This document shows positions 27,403 to 36,845 of a stretch of 55,514 nucleotides of DNA, one piece after another. Positions within the stretch are counted from its first letter, which is position 1, and the number at the start of each line of letters is the position of its first letter. The notes beneath the pieces were generated by a model, which had not been told where the DNA came from, did not search any database, and saw nothing but the letters and a program-made list of their open reading frames with translations. The stretch covers positions 1 to 55,514 of IMG/VR virus record IMGVR_UViG_3300036766_001792. One strand, 5' to 3'. Origin of the DNA: a virus. Taxonomy: Duplodnaviria; Caudoviricetes. The position numbers and the translations under genes are program-made.

Positions 27403-28365
27403 CTATTTCGGGAACCCGACAGCCGCCACATCGACCGCCTGGGACACCACGACCTTCAGCTCTATGCACCCGCACTCCTGGACGTCCTTCTTGCCTGGCG
27501 GCAGGATGGCCGCCCTGACGCGCATCCTGTGGCCGAGCAGCCTCGCGGCCTGCGCCATGCCCCTCTGGCCCGCCTCGTCCATGTCGAGCGCGAGCACGAC
27601 CCCCCTCGTGCGTCCGGCGAGGAGCGACGCCTGCACCCTCGAGATCTGCGCCCCGAGCAGGGCGACCCCGGGTATCCCGCACTGCCACAGCCACATGGCG
27701 TCCAACGGCCCCTCGACGAGCACTATCTCGTCCGGCGCGTCCGGCATCATGTCCCAGCCGAACAGCACCTCGCCCGCCTTGAGGCCGGCCGTGTAGACGT
27801 ACTTGGGCGACGCGAGCGGGTTGACGTACCGGTACACCAGCCCCTCTATCCTGCCGCGGAACGTGATCGGCATCACGACGGCTGCCCGCGCCTTGTCCAT
27901 CCCCACGTCCCACGCCCTCAGCGTCGCGGGCTCGAACCCCCGCCCCTCCATGTACTTGTACGTCCGCCCGTGCTCGTACTCCGGCATCGCCGGCGGCGCC
28001 TCCGCCACGGCGGCGCCCGTACCGGCTATGGCCTTCCTCAGGGCGTCGTTGCCCGGGTCCGGCGCCTTGACCGACCCGAGCCAGACGTCGGCCTCGGCCT
28101 CCGTTATCCCCTTGACCCTCGCAACGAGCTCGGCGAGGCGGCCGACCCCGCAGCTGGCGTAGCACACCCAATAGCCGTTCTCGATGGCGACGGCGAACGA
28201 CGGGTCGTGGTCGTCGTGGAATGGGCAGAGGCACATCGCCCACGGGTCGCGCTTCTTCTGCTCAACGCGCACGACCTCGATGCCGAGCGTCTCGAGGACC
28301 GCGAGGACGTCGGGCCCTGACGACGCCGCCACCAGCTTGCGCAGCCTGTCGGCCCCGCTAGCCAC
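27403..28365 (-). CDS. DNA primase (CHC2 zinc finger + TOPRIM)
   Basis: CPFHDDHDPSF..C..C, PKY, VEGPLD, LDMDEAG. Confidence 0.95.
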   Translation of the reverse strand: MASGADRLRKLVAASSGPDVLAVLETLGIEVVRVEQKKRDPWAMCLCPFHDDHDPSFAVAIENGYWVCYASCGVGRLAELVARVKGITEAEADVWLGSVKAPDPGNDALRKAIAGTGAAVAEAPPAMPEYEHGRTYKYMEGRGFEPATLRAWDVGMDKARAAVVMPITFRGRIEGLVYRYVNPLASPKYVYTAGLKAGEVLFGWDMMPDAPDEIVLVEGPLDAMWLWQCGIPGVALLGAQISRVQASLLAGRTRGVVLALDMDEAGQRGMAQAARLLGHRMRVRAAILPPGKKDVQECGCIELKVVVSQAVDVAAVGFPK

Positions 28366-28783
28366 GTCGCAACCTCGGCGGACCCAGCGCCGCCGCCAGC
28401 TTCAGCAGCTTGCCCCTGTCCTTCACCTCGCACTCCCAGATCACGTGCACCGTCCAGCCGAGCGCCCTGAGCTCGGCCGCGACCCGCGCGTCGCGCTCGA
28501 CGTTCCTCTCGAACTTCTCCTCCCAGAACCTGATGTTGGACGCGACCCCCTTCTTGTGCGTATGAACCGGGCACCTGTGCCAGAAGTCTCCGTGCACGAA
28601 GACCGCGTGCCTCCTGGCGCGGAAGCAGATGTCGGGCTTGCCCGGGAGGTCGGCGCAGCACACCCGGAAGCGGTAGCCCCACGCGTGCAGCGCACGCCTG
28701 ACCGCCAGCTCCGGGCCGGTGTCGCGCCCGCGTATGCGCGACATCATCCTGCTCCTCACCGCCTGGCTGACCCGATCCGCCAC
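28358..28783 (-). CDS. vsr: Very short patch repair endonuclease
   Basis: RSRMMSRIRGRDTGPE, LPGKPD, FVHGDFWH, NVERD, IWEC. Confidence 0.95.
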   Translation of the reverse strand: MADRVSQAVRSRMMSRIRGRDTGPELAVRRALHAWGYRFRVCCADLPGKPDICFRARRHAVFVHGDFWHRCPVHTHKKGVASNIRFWEEKFERNVERDARVAAELRALGWTVHVIWECEVKDRGKLLKLAAALGPPRLRRG

Positions 28784-28785
28784 TA

Positions 28786-28971
28786 TCAGCCCTCCTCGAC
28801 CAGTGTCCGGTCTACCGGGAAGTCCCTGATGGCGCCCTCGTCGGCGTCGAACTCGACAATGCCAGCCAGAGCGTACCCGCCGGCCTCGAACTCACGCAGA
28901 TCCTCGTCCACCACGATGACCACGAACTCCCTGGCGCTCCGATCCACGTACCGCACTAGCCTCACCCTCAC
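28786..28971 (-). CDS. Small hypothetical protein
   Basis: Packed ORF, GTGA overlap. Confidence 0.45.
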   Translation of the reverse strand: MRVRLVRYVDRSAREFVVIVVDEDLREFEAGGYALAGIVEFDADEGAIRDFPVDRTLVEEG

Positions 28972-29183
28972 TTCGCGTCCCCCTCGACCAGATAGTCGAC
29001 GTGGCAGTCGCACGGGCAGTCTGGCACGTCGTGCTCCTCAACCCGGCACTCCTTGCACCCGATGTGCGGCATGGCGGCCAGCACGGCCTCGAACGAGGTC
29101 GCCATGGCCTTGTACAGCCCGCGCCTCGTCTCCACGTCGCCGAGACCGGAGATACCGCCCTCGACCGCCGGCTCGGCCATCAC
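28968..29183 (-). CDS. Small Cys-containing protein
   Basis: CKEC...CPCDCH. Confidence 0.55.
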   Translation of the reverse strand: MMAEPAVEGGISGLGDVETRRGLYKAMATSFEAVLAAMPHIGCKECRVEEHDVPDCPCDCHVDYLVEGDAK

Positions 29184-29512
29184 ACCAGCTCCAGGAGCTG
29201 CTGGAGGACGTCGGCCGCCTCGTGCTCCGAGATGGTCGTAGCGCGCTCCTCACCATCGTCGTCGTGCAGCATCTGCAGGACCCAGTCCCCGTAGCGCCGG
29301 TCGACGACCAGGCCCGTTACGCTGCGCCTGTGCAGCACGGGCGACTCGAGCTCCTCGGTGATGGTGTAGATCTGGAACCCCGGTATCCCGGCCTCCTCGA
29401 CCAGCGCCTTCACCTTGCAGAGCAGCCCCTCACCGGTCAGATCCAGCCTCTCCTGCTCCTCCTCCCATGAAGGCACCCTCGCCCCGGTCGCCCCCATACA
29501 CGGTTCACTCAT
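29180..29512 (-). CDS. Hypothetical protein
   Basis: GGGAGG RBS. Confidence 0.55.
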   Translation of the reverse strand: MSEPCMGATGARVPSWEEEQERLDLTGEGLLCKVKALVEEAGIPGFQIYTITEELESPVLHRRSVTGLVVDRRYGDWVLQMLHDDDGEERATTISEHEAADVLQQLLELV

Positions 29513-29576
29513 CTCACGCCTCCCTCGTCGTCCGCGCGTCCCCCGCGGGTATTCTTCGATTTGTCCTCCGCGATCA

Positions 29577-30851
29577 TCATACGAAGTCAACCTGCCCATC
29601 CGCCCCCTCCCTCGCCGTAACCTGCCTGATCAGACCCCGATTGACGTCGAAACTCAGGTACTGCCTCTGCGTGACGTCTGGGCCGTCCCTCCACTTGGTC
29701 ACCCTGAAGATGCGCCTGCCCTTGTTGCCGCGCTGGCGCGCCATGCCGACGACCCTGTTGGAGTCCTCCATGATGGCGTAGCCGTAGGCCGCCTGGCTCA
29801 GCTCCGGGGTGTCCTCCTGGATGACCGACGCCTCCCTCGTCGCCTGTGTCGCGCAGAGTATCGGGATCCCTAGCCCCTGGGCGAGGCCCTTGATCCTCTT
29901 GCCGGCCTCGAACATGACCTCCCAGCTCTTGCCCTTGCCGGCCAGCAGGTGGAAGCCGTCCAGCGCCAGGATGTCCGGCCTGTGCTCGCGCGCAAGGGCG
30001 ACCACGTCGTCCGCGGTGAAGGCGCCTCCGCCCTCCCCGGAGTCGACCGTGATCCAGTCGTCGCGGAGCCCGAACCTGTCGAGCCACCTCTCGTACGCCG
30101 CCACGTCGATCGTGCCCATCCTGAGGCCGTCCAGCGTCAGCCCCCAATCCTCGGAGTCAAGCCTAGACAGGATGACGTCGACACGCCACTCCATGTCGGT
30201 CTTCGTGTTCTCGGGCGACAGCAGGAGGACCCGCCTCCCCGCCGCGTACGCGACGCAGCACCAGTACACGAGCATGAAGCTCTTGCCCGATCCGGTCGCG
30301 CCCATGACGGTGGCCACCTCGCCGGGCCGCCACTCGCCGCCTATATCATCGAACACCGGCAGGCCGGTCGGGATGCCCAGCGACCGCCCGGCCGACTTGG
30401 CCTCTACCCGCTCGCGTATCAGAACGAGTCGGTCGGCCGCATCCCTGTCCGACATGCCGACGTGAAGGTCAGTCCCGATGGACAACCCAGCCATGTCCGC
30501 CGCTATCGCCCTGACGGTCCCCTCCGGGTCCTCGTCCAGCTTCTGCACCCGCGTCATAAGCGACGCGCGCGCCCGACTCGCCACGCCAGCGCGAACCAGC
30601 TCCTCCACGTACGTCTGGAAGTCCCTCGCCCCATCGGCCGGCTCCAGCCCAAGCGCCCTCATGTCGTCCGGCCCCGGCAGCGGCGAACCTGAAAGCGCCC
30701 GCTCCCTGAGCAACGACCACACCGCCGCGCCAGCCTCCGTCTGGAAGGCCTCCACTGCGAGCCCGCGCTTGAGCGCCCACTGTACGGCGTCAGCCGTCTT
30801 CATGGCGGACAGCGCGAGTCGCTCCACCTCCGCGGGCGTCGAGTTATGCAC
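29577..30851 (-). CDS. DnaB-like replicative helicase
   Basis: IPTG, GATGSGKS, SPE, LALDG, ATQATR, KWRDG. Confidence 0.9.
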   Translation of the reverse strand: MHNSTPAEVERLALSAMKTADAVQWALKRGLAVEAFQTEAGAAVWSLLRERALSGSPLPGPDDMRALGLEPADGARDFQTYVEELVRAGVASRARASLMTRVQKLDEDPEGTVRAIAADMAGLSIGTDLHVGMSDRDAADRLVLIRERVEAKSAGRSLGIPTGLPVFDDIGGEWRPGEVATVMGATGSGKSFMLVYWCCVAYAAGRRVLLLSPENTKTDMEWRVDVILSRLDSEDWGLTLDGLRMGTIDVAAYERWLDRFGLRDDWITVDSGEGGGAFTADDVVALAREHRPDILALDGFHLLAGKGKSWEVMFEAGKRIKGLAQGLGIPILCATQATREASVIQEDTPELSQAAYGYAIMEDSNRVVGMARQRGNKGRRIFRVTKWRDGPDVTQRQYLSFDVNRGLIRQVTAREGADGQVDFV

Positions 30852-31266
30852 TGATCCCCTCCGATGGCTCCAACAGCAGCGCCAGGTCGTATATGCCGAG
30901 CACCCTAAGCCGAGACGGCGGCACGCGCCGCATTATCAGAATACCCGGCTCGGCCACGTGGTAGACCCAGTCACCGACAGCAGCGCTGTGATCGAATATG
31001 AGGTCGGGCCTGAACACGTCAATTGATCGGTATCGCACCTCGAGGAGGGCCGTGCGCGTGGAGCAGTGAACCGCGACCTGCCGCATGAGGTTCCCCAGGT
31101 GGGCGTCGCCGACCTCCATCTCCGGCCATAGCCAGGTCGCCCGCAGCTTCGGGAACTGCCTGACGATGTCCGGGTGGACGACCCGCTGCGGGACCAACCC
31201 GTCGCGCTCTATCTGCGGCCACTTCGCGCAGGGGGTGTAGTGGTAGCCGATCCTCAGCTCACTCAC
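30844..31266 (-). CDS. Hypothetical protein, possible ART-like fold
   Basis: GYHYT...IERDGL N-terminus and IMRRVPPSRL C-terminus resemble a Tpt1/ART-like pattern; weak. Confidence 0.5.
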   Translation of the reverse strand: MSELRIGYHYTPCAKWPQIERDGLVPQRVVHPDIVRQFPKLRATWLWPEMEVGDAHLGNLMRQVAVHCSTRTALLEVRYRSIDVFRPDLIFDHSAAVGDWVYHVAEPGILIMRRVPPSRLRVLGIYDLALLLEPSEGISA

Positions 31267-31706
31267 ATCCCCGCTCCCCTCTCGGCCCACAGCCCCTCGA
31301 GCGCCCGAGAGCACTCAAGCTGCGCGTCGAGGTCGCCCTCCTCGTACGCGCCGCGCCACCTCGACAGCCAGTGGTCCACGGAGGACGCCGTCCGCTCGTC
31401 GCCCGCCCCCTCGGCGAGCCATCTCGCGTATCGCCATGACCCGTCTGGCCAGCCCAGCTTCTCCCTCACGTACGCGAAGTGCGCGAACGCGAGGGACAAT
31501 ATGGGGGAGAACCTCGCGCCCTCGACCTCGACTATCTCGAGCACGACGGCCACGACCATGTCCGCGTCGCCGAAGTCCCCCACCAGGTCGTGCATCCGAC
31601 GCCGCAGCACGACGTAGTCGCCGTACTGCCCGCCGAAGATCTCCTTCAGCCTCGCGTAGACCGGTTCAGCCAGATCACCACCAAGCTCGACCCTGCTCTT
31701 GACCAT
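31263..31706 (-). CDS. Hypothetical protein
   Basis: Packed ORF. Confidence 0.55.
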   Translation of the reverse strand: MVKSRVELGGDLAEPVYARLKEIFGGQYGDYVVLRRRMHDLVGDFGDADMVVAVVLEIVEVEGARFSPILSLAFAHFAYVREKLGWPDGSWRYARWLAEGAGDERTASSVDHWLSRWRGAYEEGDLDAQLECSRALEGLWAERGAGM

Positions 31707-31839
31707 CGACCCCGTCCTAGTGGCTACAATCGAGCAGAGAGCGGGCTTCCGACAGGCTGATTCCGCAGTCCGCCTTCCCCATGCCTTCCGAACATGCCGT
31801 GCCTCCGATTCTCTGCCTGAACTATGCCTGCAGGACCCT
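31707..31839 (-). other. Intergenic GGA-rich hairpin array
   Basis: Seven GGA motifs, two in hairpin loops, inside or beside a GCAGAGA/TCTCTGC stem. Confidence 0.4.
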
Positions 31840-32592
31840 CTAGAAGTCCTTCGTCTTCAGCTTGCCGATGACCCGCCGACCGAACCGCGTCTGCAGCTCG
31901 ACCGTCGGCCGCGCCACCACGCCCTCGGCCTCGAAGTCGCCCCAGGCCGAGCGGATCCCGTTGCGCACCAGGACGGCCGCCTCGGGCAGCGTCGCCGCCC
32001 TCACGACCGGGACGTGCGGGATCCCCAGCCTGCTGGCTATCTCGTAGACGTCCCCGCGCTTCAGCCACACGTCGCCGACCCTGACGTCGAACAGCACGAA
32101 GCCGACGCCGTCGGGGATGTACTTGTGGCCGACCTTCTGAATCCGCTCGCCGAACCCCTCTCCGTAGAGGGTGATCGGGTACGGCACTACGCACTCGCAC
32201 CGGTACGGGACCAGGCTCGATCCCGATGCCTGTGGATCATACCACCCTGTCCCACCGCAGCGCTCGCAGCCCTTCTGGCCGCGCCACAGCGCCCGCAGCT
32301 TATCGACCGTGAACAGCCCCGTGAGCTTGTCCACCAGGAACGGTGGGATGTCCGCGGCGGCCGTGCGCCCGTATATCCCAAGGAACCAGTCGAGGAGCGG
32401 GTGATCTGTCGGCTCCGAATACGACTCCAGCGCCACGCGGATGTTCATCCCATCCACCTTCTCGGTCAGCTCCCACTGGCAGTCGCGGAGGTACTCGAAC
32501 TCCGGCTGACTCCAGCCCCACGGAATGACCTTGTGGTCCTCGCCGCGGACCCACAGCGTCTTGATCTTCGGATACTCAGGTGCGTCCATCAC
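31840..32592 (-). CDS. RNA ligase (Rnl2-like nucleotidyltransferase domain)
   Basis: YPKI, TEKVDG, LYGE, FVLFDV, EGVV, KLK. Confidence 0.9.
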   Translation of the reverse strand: MMDAPEYPKIKTLWVRGEDHKVIPWGWSQPEFEYLRDCQWELTEKVDGMNIRVALESYSEPTDHPLLDWFLGIYGRTAAADIPPFLVDKLTGLFTVDKLRALWRGQKGCERCGGTGWYDPQASGSSLVPYRCECVVPYPITLYGEGFGERIQKVGHKYIPDGVGFVLFDVRVGDVWLKRGDVYEIASRLGIPHVPVVRAATLPEAAVLVRNGIRSAWGDFEAEGVVARPTVELQTRFGRRVIGKLKTKDF

Positions 32593-32822
32593 TCGACCTC
32601 CAGCTCTGTGCCGTAGATGTTGACCCCGTACGTCCCGTCGTCGAACGCGACGTCGACGTACGACTTCGGCTGTACTTCAGGGGTCATCCAGGACCGCGCG
32701 CCAAACGAGTAGTGCCGGATCTCCCCGCACTTGCCCGCGAAGCCGCGCTCCCTGTTGTCAAGACTGTCGGTGGCGCGCACGCGCTGATGCCTGGGCGCCA
32801 TGACCAGGTCGACGTTCGTCAC
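32589..32822 (-). CDS. Small hypothetical protein
   Basis: AGGGGAG RBS. Confidence 0.55.
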   Translation of the reverse strand: MTNVDLVMAPRHQRVRATDSLDNRERGFAGKCGEIRHYSFGARSWMTPEVQPKSYVDVAFDDGTYGVNIYGTELEVE

Positions 32823-32830
32823 CGTCTCCC

Positions 32831-33064
32831 CTACACTTCCGTACCGGCGGGGGGATGGGCCATGTTGACCGCCCTCAGCTGGTCGAGCGGGACCAGCCTG
32901 AAGATCCCGGTCTCCCCTACACTTCCGGACTCTATGATCACGACCCCGAAGACGTCGTCCTCCGGCGGCGCGTACACGATGCCGACGAGCCGGCCGTATC
33001 GTATACCGGCCTGCTGCTCACCAGCATTGCCGCCCTTCCGGACCAACCTGACTGGTATGTCCAT
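32831..33064 (-). CDS. Small hypothetical protein
   Basis: MDIPVR, downstream of a GGTATGATAAT element. Confidence 0.55.
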   Translation of the reverse strand: MDIPVRLVRKGGNAGEQQAGIRYGRLVGIVYAPPEDDVFGVVIIESGSVGETGIFRLVPLDQLRAVNMAHPPAGTEV

Positions 33065-33147
33065 CGTACCACTTCCCTTCCGGCGTCTCGCGCCTATACC
33101 TTCATTATCATACCGCGATCGCCGGCTGCCGCGCCGCCATGCGGCGG

Positions 33148-35787
33148 CTACGCGGCCTTCGCCACCCACGGCTCGCACTCGCCCCAATGGGTGCCGACCT
33201 TCACGTCGGCGACCAGCGGGACGGTGAACTCCAGCCCGAACCGCTCGCGCAGCTCCGGATACTCCATGACCCTCTTTATAACGGGCACCCACTTGTCGAC
33301 CAGGTCCTCCCTGACCTCGAACAGTATCGAGTCGTGGACCTCGCCGACCATCCTGCACTCGTCCCAGTCGAGCTCGAGCCCGAAGATGCCCTCGGACGTC
33401 AGCGTCAGGTCGCCGCCGAACCCCTGCACCGGCGAGTTTATAGACTGCCGCTCCGCCTCGGCGCGCAGACCCTCGTCGACCGACATGATGGTCGCCAGGT
33501 GCCGCAGCCGGCCGGCCGGGTCCCTGACCTCCAGCGCCTTCCGCAGGATCGCCTTCTGGCGCGTGTGCCACGGCAGCAGCTCGCGGTACAGGCCGAAGAA
33601 CATGGCCCGGAACGCCTGGGCCTCATCGAGCGTGACGGTCAGCCCATACTTCTCCTTCGCGTATATCTGGAACCCCTTGGCGCCCATGCCGAAGAGGAAC
33701 CCGAAGTTAACTGCCTTGGCCATGTCCCTCTCGACCTTGGTTACCGCCGCCTCGATGGCCGCCATGAAGCCGTCGTTGTGGAGCAGATCCTCTATGCCCT
33801 GTCCCGCCAGGCCGAACTGGTCGACGAGCCTCCCGAACTTGCCGGTCACCTGCGCCGCCGTCAGGGCGTGGATGTCCCGCCCCAGCTGGAACGCCAGCAG
33901 CATGACCGGGTCGCCGGACAGGAACGCCGCGATGCGCAGTTCGACCTGCGAGTAGTCGACGTCGATGAACCTCCACCCCGGCGGCGCGCCAAAGATGGAC
34001 TTCAGGTATACCTCCCGCGGCACCTGGTGCAGGTTCGGCGTGGCGCAGCTCCTCCGGCCGGTCACGGTGCCCACCATGTTGAAGAACGGGTGCAGCCTGC
34101 CGTCGGGCCCGAGGAACTCCTTCCACTGGTTGAAGAACGTGATCTGCTTCTCGGCGTGCCTGAGAATCAGCACGAGGTCGACCGCCGGGTGCTGGCCGGC
34201 GAGCTCGTCGAGCGCGTTCTTGTCGGTCGCCGGCGCCCTCTTCTTCGGCGTCAGCTTGTGCGCCTTGACCCCGAGGCCCCCTTCCCCGAACAGCCAGTTG
34301 AGGAGGAACGTCGAGCTCGACCCGAACGGGTGCCCGAGCTTCGACTTCGCCCCCTGGGACTCCGCGTCACCGAGCATCGCCGGCGGCACGAAGTCGTACA
34401 GCTTCTCGACCGTCTCCGCCACGAGCACCTTTACCTCGCCCTCGCGCGCCTCCAACCGCTCCTGGTCGAGCCAGATGCCGTGCACCTCCGCCTTGCAGAG
34501 CGCGGCCGCCCCCGGGAGGCAGGCGTACTTGTACAGCCTGGCGAGCTGTTGGTCCGCACCGAGCCTCTCGCGGAACTTCATGTACAGCCCTTGCGTGTGC
34601 GCGACGTCAACGCCAGAGTAGACGGCCATCTTCTCAAGCGGATCGGGCGGATCGAACTTGATCTTGCCCTTGCCCCAGCGCGACGCGCCGAGCTCGGAGA
34701 CCGCCAGATCCTCGAGGTTTATCGGCCTGTTCTCGTCCAGCAGGTGGGCCGCGATGGCCGTGTCGAACCAGACGTTCGGCGTGATGCTGCGGCGGTACGT
34801 CCACCGCGAGTCGAACTTGGCGTTGTGCCACACCGTCTTGCCGCCCTCGAGCAGCGCGCCGATGCGGGCCCACAGGTCGCGCAGGTACGACTCGTGCCCG
34901 ACCCACGGCGACTCCGGGTGCTCGAGCGGGATGACGAAGCCGAGCTGCGGGTCGTCCGACAGCGCGAGCATCCATATCCTGGCGCCGGTCCTGAAGTCGA
35001 AGAAGCCCTGGGTCTCGAGGTCGCAGCTGAACGGATGGTCGGCCTGCTCGAACCTCGCGAGGCAGAGGTCCACCTCCTCGCGCGTCATGCAGATCCTAAC
35101 CTCAGGGTCGGCTGGCGGCGCCTCCCCGCGAAGCCTGCGCACGAACCTTCCGACGTCGCCGTAGAAGTTGTCGTGGCCGTTGGGGTGCTCGAGGACCCAC
35201 GACGGGTGCATCGACACGATGACCCACGCCTTGAGGTCCTCGTCGAAATACTCCTGCCCCCGGGCCGACGTCACGGCCTCCTTGCCGGTGATGGCCTTGA
35301 GCGCCGGGGCGCCCATGAGGAGGATGACCTTTGGCTTCACGGCCTCGATCTCCCGCCTGAGGTAGACGCCGCAGGGCTTGATCGCCTTCTTGATGTCCGC
35401 GTCCCTGTTGCCGGCGGCCGGCGGAGCGCACTTGACGGCGCTCGTCACGTAGACGTCGTCGCGCGCGACCCCGGCGTCGGCGAGTATCTCGTCTAGGTAT
35501 ATTCCGGGCTCGTTGCGCAGCGGGCTCCCGACCCGGTCGTCGACCAGTCCCGGGGCCGAGCCGATGATCATCCCGTCGGCAGGTACCGGCCCGTCGCCCA
35601 TCATGCAGACGCTGAGAACCCCCTGCGACAGTGGGCACGCCTCACATCGCGGGTTGCGCACGCCCCGCCGCAGCGCGGCAGCGCCCGGAGTCAGGGGAGG
35701 CACGTCATCCGCCTCCAGATTCCGGACGTCGTTCAGCTGCCTGTCTGTCCGCGGCTTGTAGCGCGGAGCCTCGCCGTCATTCACCAT
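33148..35787 (-). CDS. polA: Family A DNA polymerase with N-terminal UDG-like domain and 3'-5' exonuclease
   Basis: DLET/HNAKFD/YSGVD exonuclease motifs; TGR..PNL, DYSQVELR, KAVNFG, VHDS; N-terminal CEAC..APG..VKC..HPS. Confidence 0.95.
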   Translation of the reverse strand: MVNDGEAPRYKPRTDRQLNDVRNLEADDVPPLTPGAAALRRGVRNPRCEACPLSQGVLSVCMMGDGPVPADGMIIGSAPGLVDDRVGSPLRNEPGIYLDEILADAGVARDDVYVTSAVKCAPPAAGNRDADIKKAIKPCGVYLRREIEAVKPKVILLMGAPALKAITGKEAVTSARGQEYFDEDLKAWVIVSMHPSWVLEHPNGHDNFYGDVGRFVRRLRGEAPPADPEVRICMTREEVDLCLARFEQADHPFSCDLETQGFFDFRTGARIWMLALSDDPQLGFVIPLEHPESPWVGHESYLRDLWARIGALLEGGKTVWHNAKFDSRWTYRRSITPNVWFDTAIAAHLLDENRPINLEDLAVSELGASRWGKGKIKFDPPDPLEKMAVYSGVDVAHTQGLYMKFRERLGADQQLARLYKYACLPGAAALCKAEVHGIWLDQERLEAREGEVKVLVAETVEKLYDFVPPAMLGDAESQGAKSKLGHPFGSSSTFLLNWLFGEGGLGVKAHKLTPKKRAPATDKNALDELAGQHPAVDLVLILRHAEKQITFFNQWKEFLGPDGRLHPFFNMVGTVTGRRSCATPNLHQVPREVYLKSIFGAPPGWRFIDVDYSQVELRIAAFLSGDPVMLLAFQLGRDIHALTAAQVTGKFGRLVDQFGLAGQGIEDLLHNDGFMAAIEAAVTKVERDMAKAVNFGFLFGMGAKGFQIYAKEKYGLTVTLDEAQAFRAMFFGLYRELLPWHTRQKAILRKALEVRDPAGRLRHLATIMSVDEGLRAEAERQSINSPVQGFGGDLTLTSEGIFGLELDWDECRMVGEVHDSILFEVREDLVDKWVPVIKRVMEYPELRERFGLEFTVPLVADVKVGTHWGECEPWVAKAA

Positions 35788-36434
35788 GCCATGATGTCCC
35801 CGCTGACAGTAACATACCCGTCCAGCCCGGCCTGCCCGAGTGGGTCCAGCCCCGCGAACGCGTCCAGGATGATGGCGCCCGGCGGCGTGCTCGCCCGGGC
35901 CAGCGCGGCGTAGATCTCCGGCGGCTTGCGCGACCCGCCGATCGGCGGGGCGAAGAACACGGTCGGGATAGACTTGGTCGTGAGCGGCCTCCTGCGCGTC
36001 TTCACCGGCTTGCCCGCCATCTCGGCGCTGACGTCGTCGTACGACCGCCGCCAGAAGCACACGATGAACTCGTGCGCGACGCGGTACGAATGCCCGAGCC
36101 CGATCCTCAGGTCGGTCCCGTCCTTGCGCGTCTTCACCCAGACGAGAGTGTGGAAGTGCTCCAGCATCAGGGGGTAGTTGCCGAGCAGCCAGCCGAGCTT
36201 CTGCTCGGGGCAGAACACGTAGAGGTGCGCGCCCGGCTTGAGGACCCTGCACGCCTCGGCGATCGCCGCCTGCATCTGATGGTCCTCCAGGATGGGGTAG
36301 TCGGTCGCTTTGACGGCCTTCGCCCTCGCGCTAACGCGCCGGTCGAAGTGCCACGGCGGGTCCGTGATTATCGTATCAATGACTTCATCGGAGAACGGTA
36401 GTCGCAATGCGTCGAGCTTAACTCTTGTGTGCAT
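35781..36434 (-). CDS. N6-adenine/N4-cytosine DNA methyltransferase
   Basis: IITDPPW, RVLKPG, LVWVK, KP, ILDAFAG. Confidence 0.85.
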   Translation of the reverse strand: MHTRVKLDALRLPFSDEVIDTIITDPPWHFDRRVSARAKAVKATDYPILEDHQMQAAIAEACRVLKPGAHLYVFCPEQKLGWLLGNYPLMLEHFHTLVWVKTRKDGTDLRIGLGHSYRVAHEFIVCFWRRSYDDVSAEMAGKPVKTRRRPLTTKSIPTVFFAPPIGGSRKPPEIYAALARASTPPGAIILDAFAGLDPLGQAGLDGYVTVSGDIMAW

Positions 36435-36437
36435 GTC

Positions 36438-36845
36438 TCAGTCCCACAGCGCCGGCCAGTGCAGCGCGAGCAGCCTGAGCGCCTCAACGATCTGCGGATC
36501 CGTCTCCGGGTTTACCCAGGCGTCACCGAGCAGATCCTCGGCGTTGGCCATCCGCTCGAAGCCCTCGATCATCGTCGTCAGCGTTTCCCGCCACCAGCGG
36601 CGGCACTCGTTGTCAGCGTCGTCATCGCCGCACGCGACGCCCTGGGAGAAGACGCTGGGGAACGGCATGTCCGGGCACCAGTAGCCGTGGCCCTTGTCCC
36701 GCAGGTCCGTCAGCATGCCGGCCATGACGCGGCCGATGTACGAGTACCCCTCCCACCAGTCGCCGTCCGACCAGCCGCGGCGGCCGCGCTGCAAGAAGCA
36801 CCTCGCGGCGTACCACCTTTCCTGCAGCCAACCGATCAACCTCAT
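36438..36845 (-). CDS. Hypothetical phage protein
   Basis: QRGRRGWSDGDWW...PALWD. Confidence 0.65.
   Translation of the reverse strand: MRLIGWLQERWYAARCFLQRGRRGWSDGDWWEGYSYIGRVMAGMLTDLRDKGHGYWCPDMPFPSVFSQGVACGDDDADNECRRWWRETLTTMIEGFERMANAEDLLGDAWVNPETDPQIVEALRLLALHWPALWD

Noticed and set aside
35788-36252. N-terminal extension of the 1034-aa polymerase ORF
   Set aside because: Overlaps the MTase in another frame; the real start is likely 35787.
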